Below, piece after piece: positions 49,040 through 59,097 of a DNA stretch of 64,000 nt. The notes beneath the pieces are model-generated. The model saw nothing but the letters and a program-made list of their open reading frames with translations. It did not search any database and was not told the origin of the DNA. Positions within the stretch are counted from its first letter, which is position 1. Each line of letters opens with the position of its first letter. The DNA lies in assembly GCA_036676395.1 (NCBI GenBank), contig JAKFCY010000002.1, positions 2,048,001-2,112,000 of the forward strand, written 5' to 3'. This DNA is from Bdellovibrio sp. Its GTDB lineage: Bacteria; Bdellovibrionota; Bdellovibrionia; Bdellovibrionales; Bdellovibrionaceae. Position numbers and translations under genes: made by a program.

Positions 49040-50098
49040 ATGATCAAACGCATTCACGCCTTATCATTAATTCTGTTAACTTTTACAAGCTTAGTAACCA
49101 CGACAGCCGTAGCTGGGGGAGCTCCCCTATCGCTGTACACCGAGCTTGATCACAACTTTAAAAAAAGTGAAACGCAAAAAGTGCGCATGATTCCTAAAGG
49201 CAATGGCAACCTGAAAACAATCCCCGAAGTCGCAAAACTGCGCGTGTATTCACGGGCGATCTTAAGTGGTGAATGGGAAGCCCTGTTAAATTCAGGCCGC
49301 GAAACTGAATTTGCTTTAACCCTGGGTAAAAACAAAATTCCAAAAATTTTAGATGCTTTAAACGAAGAAGGTCTTTTATCTGAAACTTTAAGATTAGCAA
49401 AAGCATTTAATATTCACCCGTTACATATTCTTGGGCCAATTATCGGCGAAAATTCTTTTAATGGAGCTATCGACAACACGATTCAAAATAGTTTTGCAAA
49501 AATGTTTAACGAATCTGATTTTACTGTGATGTCTGCACGCATGAAGATCATCACCAAAGACCCAAACACACAGGGCTGCCTTGATTTAAAGATTTCAAAT
49601 TACTGGAAATGGCGCTGCCTGCTTAATAAAACAAGTTATTTAGCTAATGGCAGTAACCGCGACTTTGTTTTTTGGTTCTATCAAATTTCAAATAAAGGCC
49701 AAGGCACCTTTGGTTTAGGCCAAGCCCAGCCCTTTTTATTATGGAGTGTCGCAGACCTAGTTGCTGAAAAAACAAAACCTCTTGGTTACGATTATAAAAC
49801 TTATGATGTCACGAATCTAAAAAAACCATTTCAAATTATTTTCAACAACAAAGAAATGTTAGCCTACATCGCCGCTATGGCACACACTTCAATTACCGTT
49901 TACAAACAAGTTGCCGGCGTTGATATCAGTCAGAACCCGGGGCTTAGCACTACGCTTTACAATTTAGGTGATGAATACCAAAGAGCATACATGAATACAG
50001 TTCGTGGTGGCGACCCGCAGGTGAACTTTATGGGTTGGTATGTTAATTATTTCGAAAGTGCGATTACAAATTATTTGAAGACGACTCCAATTAAATAG
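49040..50098 (+). CDS. DUF1402-like secreted protein
   Basis: Signal peptide; IHPLHILGPIIGE, GTFGLGQ, DISQNPGLSTTLYNLG. Confidence 0.72.
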   Translation: MIKRIHALSLILLTFTSLVTTTAVAGGAPLSLYTELDHNFKKSETQKVRMIPKGNGNLKTIPEVAKLRVYSRAILSGEWEALLNSGRETEFALTLGKNKIPKILDALNEEGLLSETLRLAKAFNIHPLHILGPIIGENSFNGAIDNTIQNSFAKMFNESDFTVMSARMKIITKDPNTQGCLDLKISNYWKWRCLLNKTSYLANGSNRDFVFWFYQISNKGQGTFGLGQAQPFLLWSVADLVAEKTKPLGYDYKTYDVTNLKKPFQIIFNNKEMLAYIAAMAHTSITVYKQVAGVDISQNPGLSTTLYNLGDEYQRAYMNTVRGGDPQVNFMGWYVNYFESAITNYLKTTPIK

Positions 50099-50179
50099 TC
50101 GCCATCATCATTACTATGTTACGTGAAAACAAAAACCACACCTAAATTTCCCAACAAGAGGCAATTCCAATTTTTTGTT

Positions 50180-50206
50180 TAACTTTTTTACGAAATTCAC
50201 CGATCT
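50180..50206 (+). promoter_or_regulatory. Putative sigma28 promoter
   Basis: TAAC-N15-ACCGATCT, 6 nt before ATG. Confidence 0.55.
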
Positions 50207-50212
50207 GTATGT

Positions 50213-50917
50213 ATGAAAATACTAAAAACACTCTTGGTACTGTCGCTATTCTTAAACATGTCTTGTACTAAAGAAGAGCTTGCAGCCATCGCTGACGGCA
50301 CTACTCCTACTGATGGAAGTCAAACTGCGGCTCAGTTGGCTGGATCAGGTCAATACTGTGAACTCGTTTCAGGAACAGGCGCTGGCGGCCCTTATGCTGT
50401 TACTAAATCGTTAACCTTAAATGCCGATAATACCTTCGCATATACGGTTTACTTCACTGACCAAACTGCTTGTTCAACTACGCAAAATGCTGGTGGCGAG
50501 AATATCACATCGCTATTTGTTACAGGCTTATGGACCGTTGGTGGAACAAACACAACTCCAAGCACTGGAACTAAAATTTTATTCACAGTAGGAGCCACTA
50601 ATGTCACTGTTTACGCAGGTGCAGGTCCTGCACAAGCAAATGCCATAGACATGGCAAGCTTTTTAAATACATGCTCGAGCATCCCTGCTTTTTCAACGAA
50701 TTCAACGAGCTCTCGAACTTTAACTGGAGATACATGTACAGGTGGTGGCGGATTTACTGCGGTAACGCTTCCAGCACTTAATGATGTTCTAAATAATACG
50801 GCTTACAACAATGGGACGACTAACTTTCAAATTGGCTTAAGTACAGCTGAAGATGTTTGGAGACCAGGTGGATCAAACTTCCCCACGGCATACACGAACA
50901 CATATTATTATTGGTAA
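50213..50917 (+). CDS. Thr/Gly-rich lipoprotein
   Basis: Lipobox-like NMSC; paired Cys. Confidence 0.75.
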   Translation: MKILKTLLVLSLFLNMSCTKEELAAIADGTTPTDGSQTAAQLAGSGQYCELVSGTGAGGPYAVTKSLTLNADNTFAYTVYFTDQTACSTTQNAGGENITSLFVTGLWTVGGTNTTPSTGTKILFTVGATNVTVYAGAGPAQANAIDMASFLNTCSSIPAFSTNSTSSRTLTGDTCTGGGGFTAVTLPALNDVLNNTAYNNGTTNFQIGLSTAEDVWRPGGSNFPTAYTNTYYYW

Positions 50918-50934
50918 TTAACCTAAATTTTTAA

Positions 50935-51687
50935 TTACAAAATACGAAGAAAACCAGCCATGTGCTGGTTTATCTTTTCGATCAATGCGGCAACTTTAAA
51001 ATCTTTATCTGCTGTAAAATCACAATAAATAGAATAATTACTATTTTCTAAAACCGAATAACGAATGACTTCTTTATTCGGAAATTCTAGTTTTTCAATT
51101 TTAAGCTTCGCTTTTTTAGTCGTCTTAATTTTTAAATTTTGTAATTTGATATTTTCTAAAGCGCAATAAGTACCATTGGCTTCTAGATCTGTAATATTAG
51201 CAGTGGCTCTTTTACCATTGCGAAAGCTAATAAGTTTTTGTGTTTTACCGATCTGCAAAGCCTGAATGCGGGCTTTCGCTGTTTTTAAATCCTGCGGGTT
51301 AAAAATGGGTAATGAATAAACCACGTCTTTTCCGCTTACATTTGCGCGCGCTAAATTTAAAGTTAATTTTTTAGCTTTTTTGATGTTTCCGGCGCGTGGG
51401 TAACATTCGAAATATTCTTTTTGCGCCACACATAGAATTTCTTGTTTTGATTGCGACGGCCCCTCTGTAGAACCTGTCACGTAAGAATATCTGACCGTAG
51501 ATTTTTTAGTTTCAGCATCAAGCAAGTAAACATCAAACGAGCCATCTTTATTAACTAAGACTTCAACTAAAAATGGGCCAGCCGATTTAACCTGCCCTTG
51601 ATGAGGACCAAGTTGTTCTTCTTGAGCAAAAGCAAAAGATGAAATTAAACTGATGATGAGAATACTTAGGCGCAAAATCTTTGTCAT
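50935..51687 (-). CDS. Secreted hypothetical protein
   Basis: Signal peptide (AFA); GPHQG motif near the N-terminus. Confidence 0.7.
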   Translation of the reverse strand: MTKILRLSILIISLISSFAFAQEEQLGPHQGQVKSAGPFLVEVLVNKDGSFDVYLLDAETKKSTVRYSYVTGSTEGPSQSKQEILCVAQKEYFECYPRAGNIKKAKKLTLNLARANVSGKDVVYSLPIFNPQDLKTAKARIQALQIGKTQKLISFRNGKRATANITDLEANGTYCALENIKLQNLKIKTTKKAKLKIEKLEFPNKEVIRYSVLENSNYSIYCDFTADKDFKVAALIEKINQHMAGFLRIL

Positions 51688-51705
51688 AGTGATATTTCAG
51701 CGCTG

Positions 51706-52179
51706 TTAGCTTAATTCGTCAACAATGGCTTCCATAGTCGATTCGATTTTTTTAACTGAAGCTGGGGCCACGAAAATCGTGTCGTCGCCGGCAATGGTAC
51801 CTAAAATACCATCAGGTTTAGTTAAATCTAAATGATGGGCCACAAGACTTGCTGACCCTGGTGGGGTTTTAATAACGATCATCGAACCGTTATGTTCAAT
51901 GCTTAAAAGTAAACCTTTAATTCCCGAAGTTAGAACAGGGGGAGCTGATGGCAATAACAATTCATCGGGTAAACGATAAACCACTTCACCTACAGGTGAA
52001 ATGGTCTTCACGGCACCGATACGGCGTAAGTCACGCGAGATGGTACTTTGCGTGACCGAAAAATTTTTTTTCTCTAAAGCTTCGCACAGCTCTTCTTGAG
52101 TACTAACCGTTCCTTCTTCTAGAAGTTTACGAAGGGTTTGTAATCTGGCGCGTGCGTCGGCTTGCGTTGTGGCTGCCAT
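51706..52179 (-). CDS. argR: Arginine repressor
   Basis: TQEEL, VTQSTISRDL, GTIAGDDTIF. Confidence 0.96.
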   Translation of the reverse strand: MAATTQADARARLQTLRKLLEEGTVSTQEELCEALEKKNFSVTQSTISRDLRRIGAVKTISPVGEVVYRLPDELLLPSAPPVLTSGIKGLLLSIEHNGSMIVIKTPPGSASLVAHHLDLTKPDGILGTIAGDDTIFVAPASVKKIESTMEAIVDELS

Positions 52180-53105
52180 GGTCTCATTTCCTCAAATGAA
52201 TATAGTCCAGTCAACAAAGCTTTTTGCGCATGCATGCGATTTTCGCTTTGTTGAAATAAAACTGAGTTCGAATGCTCAATCATTTCGCGAGTGATCTCTT
52301 GGTCTTCGTGAATTGGCATGCAATGCATGATAATTGCCTTTGAATCAGCCAAATCATGAAGTTCACGGTTTACTTGGTACCCCGCAAAAGCTTTTAATCT
52401 TTCAGCTTGTTCTTCTTCTTGGCCCATCGATGTCCATACATCCGTGTATATCGCATTCACCCCGGTAACCGCTTCTTGCGGCGTTTTAAATTCTTTGATC
52501 TCAGCCCCTCCAGCTTGCGCACGCACTTTGGCGCGCGCTAAGATTTTAGAATCCGGTTTGTAGCCCTCTGGACATGCATAATGAACATCAACTCCAACAT
52601 ACGGAGCTAAAAGTAACAGACTATGAAGTACGTTATTGCCATCACCGACATAACAAAGTTTTAAACCTTTAAGTTTGCCAAAACATTCAAGCAAAGTTTG
52701 CAAATCAGCTAAGGCTTGGCATGGGTGATGTAAATCAGAAAGCCCGTTAATGATCGGAATTCTTGCGTGCTTCACCATCTCTTCTAAAATTTCATGCTCA
52801 AACGTTCGAATCATTAAACCATCAACATACCCCTGCATCACACGAATCGTGTCAGCGGGAGTTTCTTTTTTACGTTGCGTAGAAGTGATTTCAATAACAC
52901 TGCCAGAAAGCTGTTCAATGCCTACAGTAAAACTCATGCGCGTGCGTAAAGACGATTTTTCAAAAAGCAAAGCGATGGTTTTATTTTGCAAAATACTTTG
53001 TTTTTTATTGGCTTTAAGATAAACCGCACAATGAAGTAAATTCATTAATTCAGTTTGGCTTAATTCTTCACCCGTTAAAAAATGAGGAGAAGTAATGTTA
53101 AACAT
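52119..53105 (-). CDS. argF: Ornithine carbamoyltransferase
   Basis: SLRTR, HPCQALAD, YTDVWTSMG, HCMP, QSENR; ATG 53105 with GGAGG RBS. Confidence 0.94.
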   Translation of the reverse strand: MFNITSPHFLTGEELSQTELMNLLHCAVYLKANKKQSILQNKTIALLFEKSSLRTRMSFTVGIEQLSGSVIEITSTQRKKETPADTIRVMQGYVDGLMIRTFEHEILEEMVKHARIPIINGLSDLHHPCQALADLQTLLECFGKLKGLKLCYVGDGNNVLHSLLLLAPYVGVDVHYACPEGYKPDSKILARAKVRAQAGGAEIKEFKTPQEAVTGVNAIYTDVWTSMGQEEEQAERLKAFAGYQVNRELHDLADSKAIIMHCMPIHEDQEITREMIEHSNSVLFQQSENRMHAQKALLTGLYSFEEMRPWQPQRKPTHAPDYKPFVNF

Positions 53106-53892
53106 AGTGAGCCTCCGAATTTTTACACATAGTTCCGACGTAATCGCTCCATAAGCCGTTATAAGCCTCAGTGCCACGTAAAATTCTTACCTGCGAAACA
53201 CCGTGAACCAAAGCATCAACTACAGTTAACACTTTAGTGTACATGCCACCGCTGACTACGCCGTCAGTGATCAGTTTTTGCAAATCGTTATGACTAGTTT
53301 GCTCAATTAATTTTTGGTTCTGATCAAGGATTCCGTTCTGATCAGTTAAGAAAATTAATTTTTTAGCTTTTAACGCCGAAGCAATTTTCGCCGCAGCCCA
53401 GTCAGCATTAATATTAAATAGCTCTGCATTTTCGCCAATACCAATCGGCGCAATTACAGGAACCACGTTTTTTTCTGGAGTAAGAAGTGCATGAATCATT
53501 TCGGTGTTCACAGCTTCTACTAAACCTACTTGGCCTAGGTCTTTTTGTGCCTGACTACAGAATAATAAATTATTCTTTGCCCCAGACAAACCAATTGCCG
53601 GAACTCCGCCTGAATTCAAGGCTGAAACTAGTTCAGCATTAATTTGGCCGAATAAAACATTTTCAATAACATTAATCATTTCTGTGCTCGTTACGCGTTG
53701 ACCGTTAACGAAACTCCAAGAAATATTTCTTTTTGTTAATTCTGCATTAATCGCAGGTCCTCCACCGTGAACAAGAACCACGTCGTAATCATAACGACGG
53801 TAATCGCGCACTGTTTTAACCACTTGATCACGAGTTGCCGGATCAAGTAATGAAGCCCCACCTAATTTGATGACTACTAAATCTGTTCTCAT
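53098..53892 (-). CDS. argB: Acetylglutamate kinase
   Basis: VIKLGG, VHGGGPAI, NINAD, GGMYTK. Confidence 0.95.
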   Translation of the reverse strand: MRTDLVVIKLGGASLLDPATRDQVVKTVRDYRRYDYDVVLVHGGGPAINAELTKRNISWSFVNGQRVTSTEMINVIENVLFGQINAELVSALNSGGVPAIGLSGAKNNLLFCSQAQKDLGQVGLVEAVNTEMIHALLTPEKNVVPVIAPIGIGENAELFNINADWAAAKIASALKAKKLIFLTDQNGILDQNQKLIEQTSHNDLQKLITDGVVSGGMYTKVLTVVDALVHGVSQVRILRGTEAYNGLWSDYVGTMCKNSEAHYV

Positions 53893-53903
53893 AGTTTAGC
53901 CCC

Positions 53904-55100
53904 TCAAGAGTATTCTGTGTTGATTTCAACGTATTTTTTAGACAAGTCACAACCCCATGCTGTGGCTTGGTAAGGACCCGATTTTAAATCAATCTCGATT
54001 TTAACATTTGATTGTTTTAAAAGGCCTTTTACTTCTTCTTTATTAAAAGCGATCGGTTCACCATTTGTGAAAAGCCTGATGCCTTGTAAAGTTAAATCCA
54101 TTTTAGCAAGACTTGCCGCCGGAACTTTTTCAGCTCCAAGACGCGCTAAGATTCTTCCCCAATTTGGATCTTCACCATGAACTGCCGTTTTAATTAATGG
54201 CGATAAAGTTACACCACGAGCAGCTGATTTTGCTAATGCATCTTCAGGCGAACCTGTTAACGCCACTTCGATTAATTTAGTCGCGCCTTCGCCGTCGGCA
54301 GCAATTGATTTTGCTAAATAAATAGAAACTTCAATCACCGCTTTTTGAAACGCGTGATAGTCAGCATCATTTTTTAACTCAACACCGCTTTCACCATTTG
54401 CCATAATAAATGCGCAGTCATTCGTCGAAGAATCACCATCAACACTGATCATGTTAAAACTAACGTCAGTCGCCGTTTTTAAAACTGTGTGTGCTACATC
54501 TTTAGTGATTTTTGCATCCGTTAAAATGTAACCAAGCATTGTTGCCATGTTCGGATGAATCATGCCTGAACCTTTGCAGATTCCAGTAATACGGATACTT
54601 CCAGTTGAAAGTTTAACAACTGTAGTTACAGTTTTAGGTACAAGATCAGTCGTAAGAATGGCTAAGGCAAAACTTTCAGCATTTTCTTGGGCACGTTCAA
54701 CTAAATCAGGAAGTGCTGGAATAATTTTATCAGTCGCCATTTGCACGCCAATCACGCCAGTTGATGCGATCAACACTTGTTCCGGAGTTACATTTAAAGC
54801 TTCAGCCATTCCAACAATAACTTCTTGGTTACGTTTGAAACCTTCAGCTCCCGTTGCCGCATTAGCTTGTCCTGAATTTGTAAAAATAGCGCGGATGTTA
54901 TCAGCTGGTAAAACTTTAGCACAATGTAATACCGGAGCGGCTTTACATTCATTTAATGTAAATACACCTGCAGCAACTGCATCAACTTCAGAAATAATTA
55001 CGCCAATATCCGGACGGTAACGGCGCACACCGCAGTTTGTTCCGCTCGTTAAAAAACCCTTAGGTAATGGTGTTCTGTGTAATCCTGGTCCTGGTGTCAT
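53904..55100 (-). CDS. argJ: Ornithine acetyltransferase / N-acetylglutamate synthase
   Basis: NSGQANAATG, TTDL, KGSGMIHPNMATML, DGEGATK. Confidence 0.96.
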   Translation of the reverse strand: MTPGPGLHRTPLPKGFLTSGTNCGVRRYRPDIGVIISEVDAVAAGVFTLNECKAAPVLHCAKVLPADNIRAIFTNSGQANAATGAEGFKRNQEVIVGMAEALNVTPEQVLIASTGVIGVQMATDKIIPALPDLVERAQENAESFALAILTTDLVPKTVTTVVKLSTGSIRITGICKGSGMIHPNMATMLGYILTDAKITKDVAHTVLKTATDVSFNMISVDGDSSTNDCAFIMANGESGVELKNDADYHAFQKAVIEVSIYLAKSIAADGEGATKLIEVALTGSPEDALAKSAARGVTLSPLIKTAVHGEDPNWGRILARLGAEKVPAASLAKMDLTLQGIRLFTNGEPIAFNKEEVKGLLKQSNVKIEIDLKSGPYQATAWGCDLSKKYVEINTEYS

Positions 55101-56164
55101 ATCATAGCCTCCATATCTGCAAGCCCTGCATCTTGAGAGAAGTCATTCATGCGGTTGAAATTTTCAATCGCTTGGCTGGCTGCCCCCTTCATAAGGTTGT
55201 CGATCGTCGAGAAAACAAAAAGTTTCCCGTCCATAAGTTCATAACTAATGTGCGTGTGAGCCGTGCCAACAACTTTTTTCAAAGATAAAAGTTGCGGTTG
55301 CTTCGCGCTCTCGCCGTAAAATACTAAAGAGTTTTGCTCGTAAGAATCTGCAAAAGCCTTTTGGATCTGTTCTTTAGTAACGCCAGATTTAACCTTCATA
55401 TATAAAGAAGATAAAATCCCGCGACGAGTTGGTAATAAATGTGTCGTAAAAAATGGATTAATACTAACGCCAGTAAACAGCTCTACCGCTTCGATGATTT
55501 CAGGTAAATGCTGATGCTTGCCGATTTTGTAAGGTAAACATTCGCCATCAACCTCAGTAAATAATAAATTCTCAGAAGCTTTTTTACCGGCTCCTGTTGA
55601 ACCTGATTTTGCATCGATAACAATAGTATCAACTTCAACTAAGTTATTTTTAATTAATGGAATTAAAGCCATTAATACGCTGGATGCATAACAACCAGGG
55701 TTTGCAATTAACTTAGATTCAGAAGGTTGTGCAAAAGGCACTAATCCATAAGTAGCCGCTTGCAACAATTCATTTTGTTCATGAGTAAAGCCGTACCATT
55801 TACCGTAGTCGTTCTTTTTCAAACGAAACGCTCCAGATAAATCGATCACAGATTTGCCTTGTTTTAAAATCTCGGGTGCTAATTTTAATGAAGCTTCTGC
55901 AGGCGTGGCTAAGAACACCACATCAGTTAAATTTTTCATTAAATCTTTTTCAGCCAAACAAATTACTTCACTAGCTTTTTTACTTTGTAAGTAATCAGTT
56001 AATGAAAATTCAGTCGTAGCAAAACAATGCGTAAGCTTTGCAAACGGATGACGTAATAAATGTTTCGCCGTCTCTAAACCTGTGTAACCACGGGCCCCGA
56101 CGACTGAAACTGAAATAGATTGTGCCGGCACTTGCGCTGCCGTGCGTGAATAATTATGCAACAT
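55097..56164 (-). CDS. argC: N-acetyl-gamma-glutamyl-phosphate reductase
   Basis: GARGYTG, DLSGAFRL, IANPGCY, DNLMKGAA. Confidence 0.96.
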   Translation of the reverse strand: MLHNYSRTAAQVPAQSISVSVVGARGYTGLETAKHLLRHPFAKLTHCFATTEFSLTDYLQSKKASEVICLAEKDLMKNLTDVVFLATPAEASLKLAPEILKQGKSVIDLSGAFRLKKNDYGKWYGFTHEQNELLQAATYGLVPFAQPSESKLIANPGCYASSVLMALIPLIKNNLVEVDTIVIDAKSGSTGAGKKASENLLFTEVDGECLPYKIGKHQHLPEIIEAVELFTGVSINPFFTTHLLPTRRGILSSLYMKVKSGVTKEQIQKAFADSYEQNSLVFYGESAKQPQLLSLKKVVGTAHTHISYELMDGKLFVFSTIDNLMKGAASQAIENFNRMNDFSQDAGLADMEAMI

Positions 56165-56261
56165 TCATGCATAATTATGGATTTATGTTGCATATGTCAA
56201 TCATTAATTTATATATTCTCGTTGACTGCATAATTATTCGCATATAAACCAGCTGTATGCA
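56147..56261. promoter_or_regulatory. ARG boxes in the divergent argC/argG control region
   Basis: TGAATAATTATGCA 56147, TGCATAATTATGGA 56168 (21-nt period), TGCATAATTATTCG 56227, half-site ending 56261. Confidence 0.85.
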
Positions 56262-56293
56262 TAAACGCGCCGAAAGCGCGCAAGGAGATAGAA

Positions 56294-57514
56294 ATGAACA
56301 ATAAAAAGGTTCTATTAGTTTATTCAGGCGGTTTAGACACCTCAATTTGTATTCCATTAATGAAACAAGAGTATGGTTACGAAGAAGTGATCACTGTAAC
56401 TGTTGATGTGGGCCAAGATCCGGCTGACATTATTCAGGCTCAAGACAAAGCCAAAATCATGGGTACAACGCATTACACAGTAGATGCTAAAGAAGAGTTC
56501 ATTAAAGAGTACTGCTTTAAAGCTTTGCAAGCCAATGGCGACTATCAAGGTTACCCGATGTCGACATCTATCGCCCGCCCCTTAATAGCTGCAAAAGCTG
56601 CCGAAGTGGCTAAAAAATTAAATGTAAATCACTTTGCACACGGTTGTACTGGCAAAGGCAATGATCAATTTCGTATCGAGTTCGGTTTACGCTCTTTAAT
56701 TCAAGACGCTACAATCCACGCCCCCATTCGCGAACGCAACATGACTCGTTCATGGGAGATCGAATACGCCTTACAAAATAATGTACCAATTCAACAATCT
56801 TTAGAAAAAATCTGGAGCATTGATGAAAACTTATGGGGTCGTTCAATCGAAGGCGGCAGATTAGAAGAGCCAGATTTCGCACCACCAGAAGAAATCTTCA
56901 TGTGGACAAAATCTTTAGAGAACGCAAATGCCAAAGCTGAAGAAATCGTTGTAACTTTTGAAAACGGAATGCCTACGCACATCAACAATACGGCATTTTC
57001 ACCTGGGCAATTAGTGATTCACTTAAATAAAATTGCCGGTGATCACGGTATTGGCCGTATCGATATTATGGAAGATCGCATGATGGGTTTAAAAGTTCGT
57101 GAAAACTACGAATGTCCAGCTTCGACTGTATTATTAAAAGCTCATAAAGCTTTAGAAAACTTAGTTTTAACCAGAGATGAAATCCGTTTCAAATCTACAA
57201 TTGATCTTGAGTGGAGCAAATTAGCTTACGAAGGTCTTTGGTGGGATCCGTTCAAAACTGATCTAGAAGCTTTCATTGGCGCAACTCAAACTCGCGTTAA
57301 CGGAACTGTTAAACTAAAACTTTACAAAGGTAACGTTGTTGTTACTGGCAGAACTTCTGATTGGGCCCTTTACTCAGAAGATCTTGCAAGTTTTGACACA
57401 ACTACATTTATCCAATCTGAAAGCACTGGCGCAGTTAAGAACTTCGGTTTACAACCACGTATGTTCTTCAGCATTAAAGATAAATTAGCTTTAGAGTCAT
57501 CTTTAAAAGGATAA
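56294..57514 (+). CDS. argG: Argininosuccinate synthase
   Basis: YSGGLDTS, HGCTGKGNDQ, SIDENLWGRSIEGG. Confidence 0.97.
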   Translation: MNNKKVLLVYSGGLDTSICIPLMKQEYGYEEVITVTVDVGQDPADIIQAQDKAKIMGTTHYTVDAKEEFIKEYCFKALQANGDYQGYPMSTSIARPLIAAKAAEVAKKLNVNHFAHGCTGKGNDQFRIEFGLRSLIQDATIHAPIRERNMTRSWEIEYALQNNVPIQQSLEKIWSIDENLWGRSIEGGRLEEPDFAPPEEIFMWTKSLENANAKAEEIVVTFENGMPTHINNTAFSPGQLVIHLNKIAGDHGIGRIDIMEDRMMGLKVRENYECPASTVLLKAHKALENLVLTRDEIRFKSTIDLEWSKLAYEGLWWDPFKTDLEAFIGATQTRVNGTVKLKLYKGNVVVTGRTSDWALYSEDLASFDTTTFIQSESTGAVKNFGLQPRMFFSIKDKLALESSLKG

Positions 57515-57519
57515 TTACT

Positions 57520-58887
57520 ATGAAACTTTGGGGTGGATTATTTCAGGAGCCGACACATCAAGAGGTAGAAACTTTTTCTTCTTCATTAGAAGTTGATGCC
57601 AGGCTTTGGGAAGTCGACATTTTTGGATCAATTGCACATGCTAAAATGCTTGGGGATGTGGGTATTATTCCTCAAGCAGAAGCTGGCGTTATTATTTTAG
57701 CGTTACAGCAAATGCATGAAGATTTTAAAACAGGTAAAATCGCAATTGATCCGACCTCAGAGGATATTCACTCGGATATCGAGAAAAAACTTTACGCTAA
57801 AATCGGTGCTGTAGCTGGAAAGCTACACACGGCACGCAGTCGTAATGATCAAGTTGCAACCGACACCCGTCTTTATTTAGCGCAAGAGATCTCATATTTA
57901 ACAGCTAGCCTTAAGGCGCTGCAAAATTACCTGGTTAGAACCGCTGAAAAGCATTTCGAAACTATTTTGCCAGGCCTTACGCATATGCAACATGCACAAC
58001 CCGTAAGTCTTGCGCATCACTTGATGGCGTATTTTTGGATGTTTCAACGCGACGTTGATCGTTTGTTAGAAACCCAAAAAAGAGTTTTAAATTTACCCCT
58101 GGGTTCTGCAGCTTTAGCTGGAACTGGTTTTCCCTTAAACCGCGCCCAGGTTGCCAAAGATTTAAATTTCAATTCTGTGAGTGAAAACTCATTAGATGCG
58201 GTTTCTGATCGTGATTACGCGATCGAATTTTTATCTGACAGCGCAACGATCATGATGCACCTTTCACGTTTAAGTGAAGAATTAGTATTATGGTCAATGC
58301 CAGAATTTAAATTCGTAGAGCTATCTGACAGAGTAACCACTGGCAGCAGCATCATGCCACAAAAGAAAAATCCAGACGTGGCAGAACTTATCCGCGGAAA
58401 AGTCGGCCGTGTTAACGGCGCACTGATTGGTTTACTGACAACATTAAAAGCGTTACCGCTGGCGTACAACCGCGATCTGCAAGAGGATAAATTCCATTTA
58501 TTCACAGGCCTTGATACGGTTAAAGGCTGCACGCGCTTAATGTTAGTGATGCTTGAAGAAGCCACTTGGAAAACTGAAAACATGAAAAAATCCCTAGCGG
58601 GAGATTTTTCAAATGCGACTGATCTTGCTGATGACTTAGTAAAAAAAGGTTTACCATTTCGCGAAGCCCACGAAGTGATTGGCCACGTCGTGCAATACTG
58701 CAATAAAAAACAGTTAGCTTTAGAGAACATTACTTTAACAGAACTAAAAGCCTTACATGCGTTGTTTGATGAAGAGAGTCTTAAAACTCTTCCTCATTTA
58801 GCGGTCATGCAGGCTAGAACTTCTGCAGGTGGAACTTCTCCAAAAGCTGTTGCCGCACAAATTCAACACGCTAAAACGCTAATTTAG
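57520..58887 (+). CDS. argH: Argininosuccinate lyase
   Basis: LWGG, HTARSRNDQ, GSSIMPQKKNPD. Confidence 0.97.
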   Translation: MKLWGGLFQEPTHQEVETFSSSLEVDARLWEVDIFGSIAHAKMLGDVGIIPQAEAGVIILALQQMHEDFKTGKIAIDPTSEDIHSDIEKKLYAKIGAVAGKLHTARSRNDQVATDTRLYLAQEISYLTASLKALQNYLVRTAEKHFETILPGLTHMQHAQPVSLAHHLMAYFWMFQRDVDRLLETQKRVLNLPLGSAALAGTGFPLNRAQVAKDLNFNSVSENSLDAVSDRDYAIEFLSDSATIMMHLSRLSEELVLWSMPEFKFVELSDRVTTGSSIMPQKKNPDVAELIRGKVGRVNGALIGLLTTLKALPLAYNRDLQEDKFHLFTGLDTVKGCTRLMLVMLEEATWKTENMKKSLAGDFSNATDLADDLVKKGLPFREAHEVIGHVVQYCNKKQLALENITLTELKALHALFDEESLKTLPHLAVMQARTSAGGTSPKAVAAQIQHAKTLI

Positions 58888-59060
58888 TAAAATACTTTTA
58901 ACGAGCAAAGCATTTCTTAACAGATTTATTGCGTCATGATTTTCTAAATCGTGATCCAAGTTTGTTGAATTCTGACTATCTTTTTTACAGGACCATTTCT
59001 GATTTTTATCGGCACCTGGACCCCGACCTTTAAAAACTAATTTTTCACTCTGACCTGACT

Positions 59061-59087
59061 CTAAATTCGCTCTCAAAATGACGATAA
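59061..59087 (+). promoter_or_regulatory. Putative sigma28 promoter
   Basis: CTAA-N15-GACGATAA, 10 nt before ATG. Confidence 0.5.
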
Positions 59088-59097
59088 GTAATCAGTC

